From Meyerozyma guilliermondii (Eukaryota), in NCBI GenBank assembly GCA_051546255.1, contig CP128817.1, positions 1,178,001 through 1,242,000 on the forward strand: a DNA stretch of 64,000 nt, given 5' to 3'. The notes under the pieces were generated by a model. That model ran no database searches and was not told the DNA's origin. It saw only the letters and a list, made by a program, of their open reading frames with translations. Each line of letters opens with the position of its first letter. Within the stretch, counting starts at the first letter, position 1. Below, piece after piece: positions 61,224-64,000 of this stretch. A program made the position numbers and the translations under genes.

Positions 61224-62762
61224 TTATAATAGCTCGTAAATGCCTAATCCTGGCTTGAGTGTTTTGTAGTTTGACAAGTCTAGGTGATCCAAGTCGCAGT
61301 GAGCCGAATGGAACCAAGTCAAGTTAGCCTGTACGATATCACTGAGTTCAGTCTCAAATGAAGCCAGTGGGGTAACTATGTAATTACCCTTGACTAAGAA
61401 TGGCTCGAGGTTTTTGATATCCGTACCCTTTGCGTCTATAATAATGATATTTTTGTTACCATCGACGGTACCCAGTAGCACACCGTTTTCAATGTCTAGG
61501 GTTTGTACATGGCGTTTTTTGTCACCCAAGAGCCATACTGGCGGAGAGTAAGTTCTCCACCAAATGTATGTTTTTGGTATTATGTTCGACTGGCTTTCCG
61601 TTCTTATGTGTTCAAGTCCAGGAACCACACCACCTTGGTGATAAATTCCCATCAAAACAGCCAAGACAATATTGAAAGCATACCAAATCCACAAGAGTGG
61701 TTTTGCAAAGTACGCTACTTTGTTTTTTCCGGTGAAAGGTCGCAAATCGAAACAACAGCTCAACAATGGAATCACCGGTATTAGAAACCGAAGTTCTTGG
61801 TGTGGAACTATGGAGAGAACCAATATTCCACTGAATGCCGTCAAAAACGGAGTAGTTTTCCAGTAGTCATTCTTGAACTTCCAGAACAAATAAACAATTC
61901 CAGACGGACCCAAAAGTTGGGGAAGGTTAACTAGTATATGGGTATAGAATGGGTGAATACCATGATGGGACAAATTATCGTACGAGGAGTTGTAAATAAG
62001 ATTATTGAGCGGAGTGATGATTGGAGTCAGATTCATCGAGCCAAACATCTTTGTATCGATCCATACAAATGTTAGCGCAGGTACAATGAATCCAAAAATA
62101 CCCACAATTGCACTCAAAGGATGAAGCCAAATATGCTTGAGAACAAACCATGAAGGGACCAAAAAGAATGCTGGCATTGTTACTCTATTGAAGATTCCCA
62201 CAGCCAAAATAGCTCCCAATGCAAATACGTTGAAATATTCGGGTCTTGATCGTATTTCTGGACGTTTGGAGTCTTGATTGTACCGCAAATTGTCGATGAT
62301 CAAAGTCCCCAACATCACGAGCCAGGTTTCAATTGAGTTGGAAAAGCAATGTGATTGGTATACGTGGGTGACATAGGAAGTCAGGACAAAGAAGATAGCT
62401 TTTATACGTTCTTGTTTAGTAGGAAGCATTCGAAAAATACAAGTGTCAGTAACAATCCAAGTGAGAATCATAAATTGCAATCGAGCCAAATACCAGATAA
62501 CCAACGGACTCAATTGAACACCCATCCCCCTAACAATTGCAAAAACAGGACCGTAAAATAGAAACAACGGACCATAACTTCGTGCTGGTAGATCGCTGGT
62601 GAATTCCCATGGTTTCTTGTTAGTGAAGCCTAGGAATTCTGACATCACTTCGACGCTCTGAAAGTGTTCATCTGGATGTATATAGGAGTCTGACAATGCA
62701 AAAAGGAACCTTAGTCCTATGGTAAGGAAGTATATGTACCGCCAGCTGAAATAAGAAGCCAT
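61224..62762 (-). CDS. SMP3: GPI mannosyltransferase 4 (Smp3/PIG-Z)
   Basis: SYIHPDEHFQ, PWEF....PARS, FSNSIET, NL..HG.HP...H..VN.PQ, HQE.RFL.P, HQGG.VP. Confidence 0.93.
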   Translation of the reverse strand: MASYFSWRYIYFLTIGLRFLFALSDSYIHPDEHFQSVEVMSEFLGFTNKKPWEFTSDLPARSYGPLFLFYGPVFAIVRGMGVQLSPLVIWYLARLQFMILTWIVTDTCIFRMLPTKQERIKAIFFVLTSYVTHVYQSHCFSNSIETWLVMLGTLIIDNLRYNQDSKRPEIRSRPEYFNVFALGAILAVGIFNRVTMPAFFLVPSWFVLKHIWLHPLSAIVGIFGFIVPALTFVWIDTKMFGSMNLTPIITPLNNLIYNSSYDNLSHHGIHPFYTHILVNLPQLLGPSGIVYLFWKFKNDYWKTTPFLTAFSGILVLSIVPHQELRFLIPVIPLLSCCFDLRPFTGKNKVAYFAKPLLWIWYAFNIVLAVLMGIYHQGGVVPGLEHIRTESQSNIIPKTYIWWRTYSPPVWLLGDKKRHVQTLDIENGVLLGTVDGNKNIIIIDAKGTDIKNLEPFLVKGNYIVTPLASFETELSDIVQANLTWFHSAHCDLDHLDLSNYKTLKPGLGIYELL

Positions 62763-62886
62763 TATGTATTCATTAAAGTCAACCGATTAACGAGGTCGCG
62801 ATTTTTCAGTACGGCTTACAATACCTCCATCGGTGCGACAAGCTTTATTTTCAAATTGACATGAATGCATGTTGATATGCAATTTA

Positions 62887-63999
62887 TTAGCCTTCTGCTT
62901 CTATGTCGCTATAACCGTCCATATCGTCACCACCATCCGAGAAAATCTCGTCTCCTTCTTCATTGTCTGTATCTCTCTCACTACCGCTCTCATCGCTGTT
63001 GGAAACATCTCCGTTCAACAAATCGGCATCACCATTAGCTTCAGCGTCGTCAAGTGCTTCAAAGTACTCGACATCACTCAATTCTTCTCCGTCTTCACTG
63101 TCGCTGTCCTCGAGAATTTCCCGCTTGAGTTCATTTTGTTGCTCAATCATACGAAGTCGACCTTGAATCTCCAAAAGTCTGGGAAGTGTATCCGCCTTTT
63201 TCGTAAGAGTAGCATGTAAACTGGCGAGTTTAGACTCAAGACCTGGCATATTGGTGAGCACAGTGCCATGGATCACTATGACCCACTTTAACCATGAGCT
63301 CAATTGGTCGAAACGATATACTTGTCTAGCAATTCTTTCCGCTATCCGTTCAAGTAGTTGAACCGCAGAAACAGCATTGATACGGGATATCGTGTTCTTG
63401 ATGACTTCTGGGTCTGTGTTAGCCAACACGGTTTCTAATAACGAATGGTCGTTATTCCTCAACGACTGAGTAAGAATAACCGACAAGGTTCCAGCTGAAT
63501 TATGTACATTTCGTTTCTTCTTGGAGCTGATACTCTTGTCAGTGGAGATCTTTTCTAATCTTTCTGCCAAGGTTTCTTCCTCTTCGTCTTCGCTATCTTG
63601 GTCAGCCGTTTGCATTATACCTTCACTCACAATAGCGTTTCCCTCGTTGTAATGTGTTGCGGCTGCAACATCGTGCCCATTTTGAACATGAGCAGTAGAG
63701 GTATCAACCTTGGCTTTTTCTAGCACTAGAGGTGTCACGGTAGAAATTTCACCTTTCACCAACCACTTAAGAGAGTCGACTTGAGGTACGCTAGCATTCT
63801 CAAGCCATGAGTAGAATATGACACTATCGGTGCAAGCAACAGCATGAATTGCCAAATTTGCATCCAATGTGTTCTTAATTTGATCTTTTGGCCTTGTAAG
63901 TTTGATGCTACTGGTTGGTGTTCTGGATTGTACCGCAGAAGCTTGCTGTCTCCGCTTCTTCTTTCCCACGGGTATGGCACCTTCGGAACTCAAAGGGTT
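62887..63999 (-). CDS. UTP5: Utp5/WDR43 SSU-processome subunit, C-terminal part (5'-truncated by window edge)
   Basis: Utp12 domain GTL..IL.Q.L...D..LLE.VL, I.NTI.R, W.KW....HG, L.RL..L.GRL, acidic tail. Frame open to the window edge. Confidence 0.85.
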   Translation of the reverse strand, partial: NPLSSEGAIPVGKKKRRQQASAVQSRTPTSSIKLTRPKDQIKNTLDANLAIHAVACTDSVIFYSWLENASVPQVDSLKWLVKGEISTVTPLVLEKAKVDTSTAHVQNGHDVAAATHYNEGNAIVSEGIMQTADQDSEDEEEETLAERLEKISTDKSISSKKKRNVHNSAGTLSVILTQSLRNNDHSLLETVLANTDPEVIKNTISRINAVSAVQLLERIAERIARQVYRFDQLSSWLKWVIVIHGTVLTNMPGLESKLASLHATLTKKADTLPRLLEIQGRLRMIEQQNELKREILEDSDSEDGEELSDVEYFEALDDAEANGDADLLNGDVSNSDESGSERDTDNEEGDEIFSDGGDDMDGYSDIEAEG

Positions 64000-64000
64000 G

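Overview
Gene-dense eukaryotic chromosomal segment from a budding yeast of the CUG-Ser (CTG) clade. CTG codons sit at invariant Ser positions in Spt3, Did2, She9, the Ptp2/3 homolog and Dld1, so the supplied ORF track (standard code, TTG/GTG starts allowed) mistranslates CTG and over-extends many N-termini. The compact layout would fit a Meyerozyma/Debaryomycetaceae-type yeast, but I cannot fix the species. About 41 protein genes are supported, mostly conserved housekeeping loci: MIX23, DID2, SOD2, VPS17, UGO1, SDC1, TLG1, SPT3, ARD1, PNO1, MDM32, SPP2, ELG1, TRS31, AHC1, PTP2/3, TRX, CTM1, HCR1, MHF2, DLD1, SGT2, VRL1, OXP1, TSR3, RNR2, SKG3/CAF120, DNL4, VPS73/YBR241C-like, PLC2-like, SHE9, RPT3, SMP3 and UTP5. 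I found no tRNA, rRNA, transposon or CRISPR array and no convincing multi-gene novel system. Best leads: (i) a divergent Sgt2-like TPR protein with possibly duplicated N-terminal dimerisation-like segments and a half-lost carboxylate clamp; (ii) a signal-peptide-bearing Pmu1-family phosphatase with a Pho4 UASp1-like site; (iii) a dynactin p62 homolog, a subunit S. cerevisiae lacks; (iv) a 47-nt intron with non-canonical signals that the ORF track missed; (v) orphan proteins; (vi) a dense CRE-site cluster upstream of DNA ligase IV.
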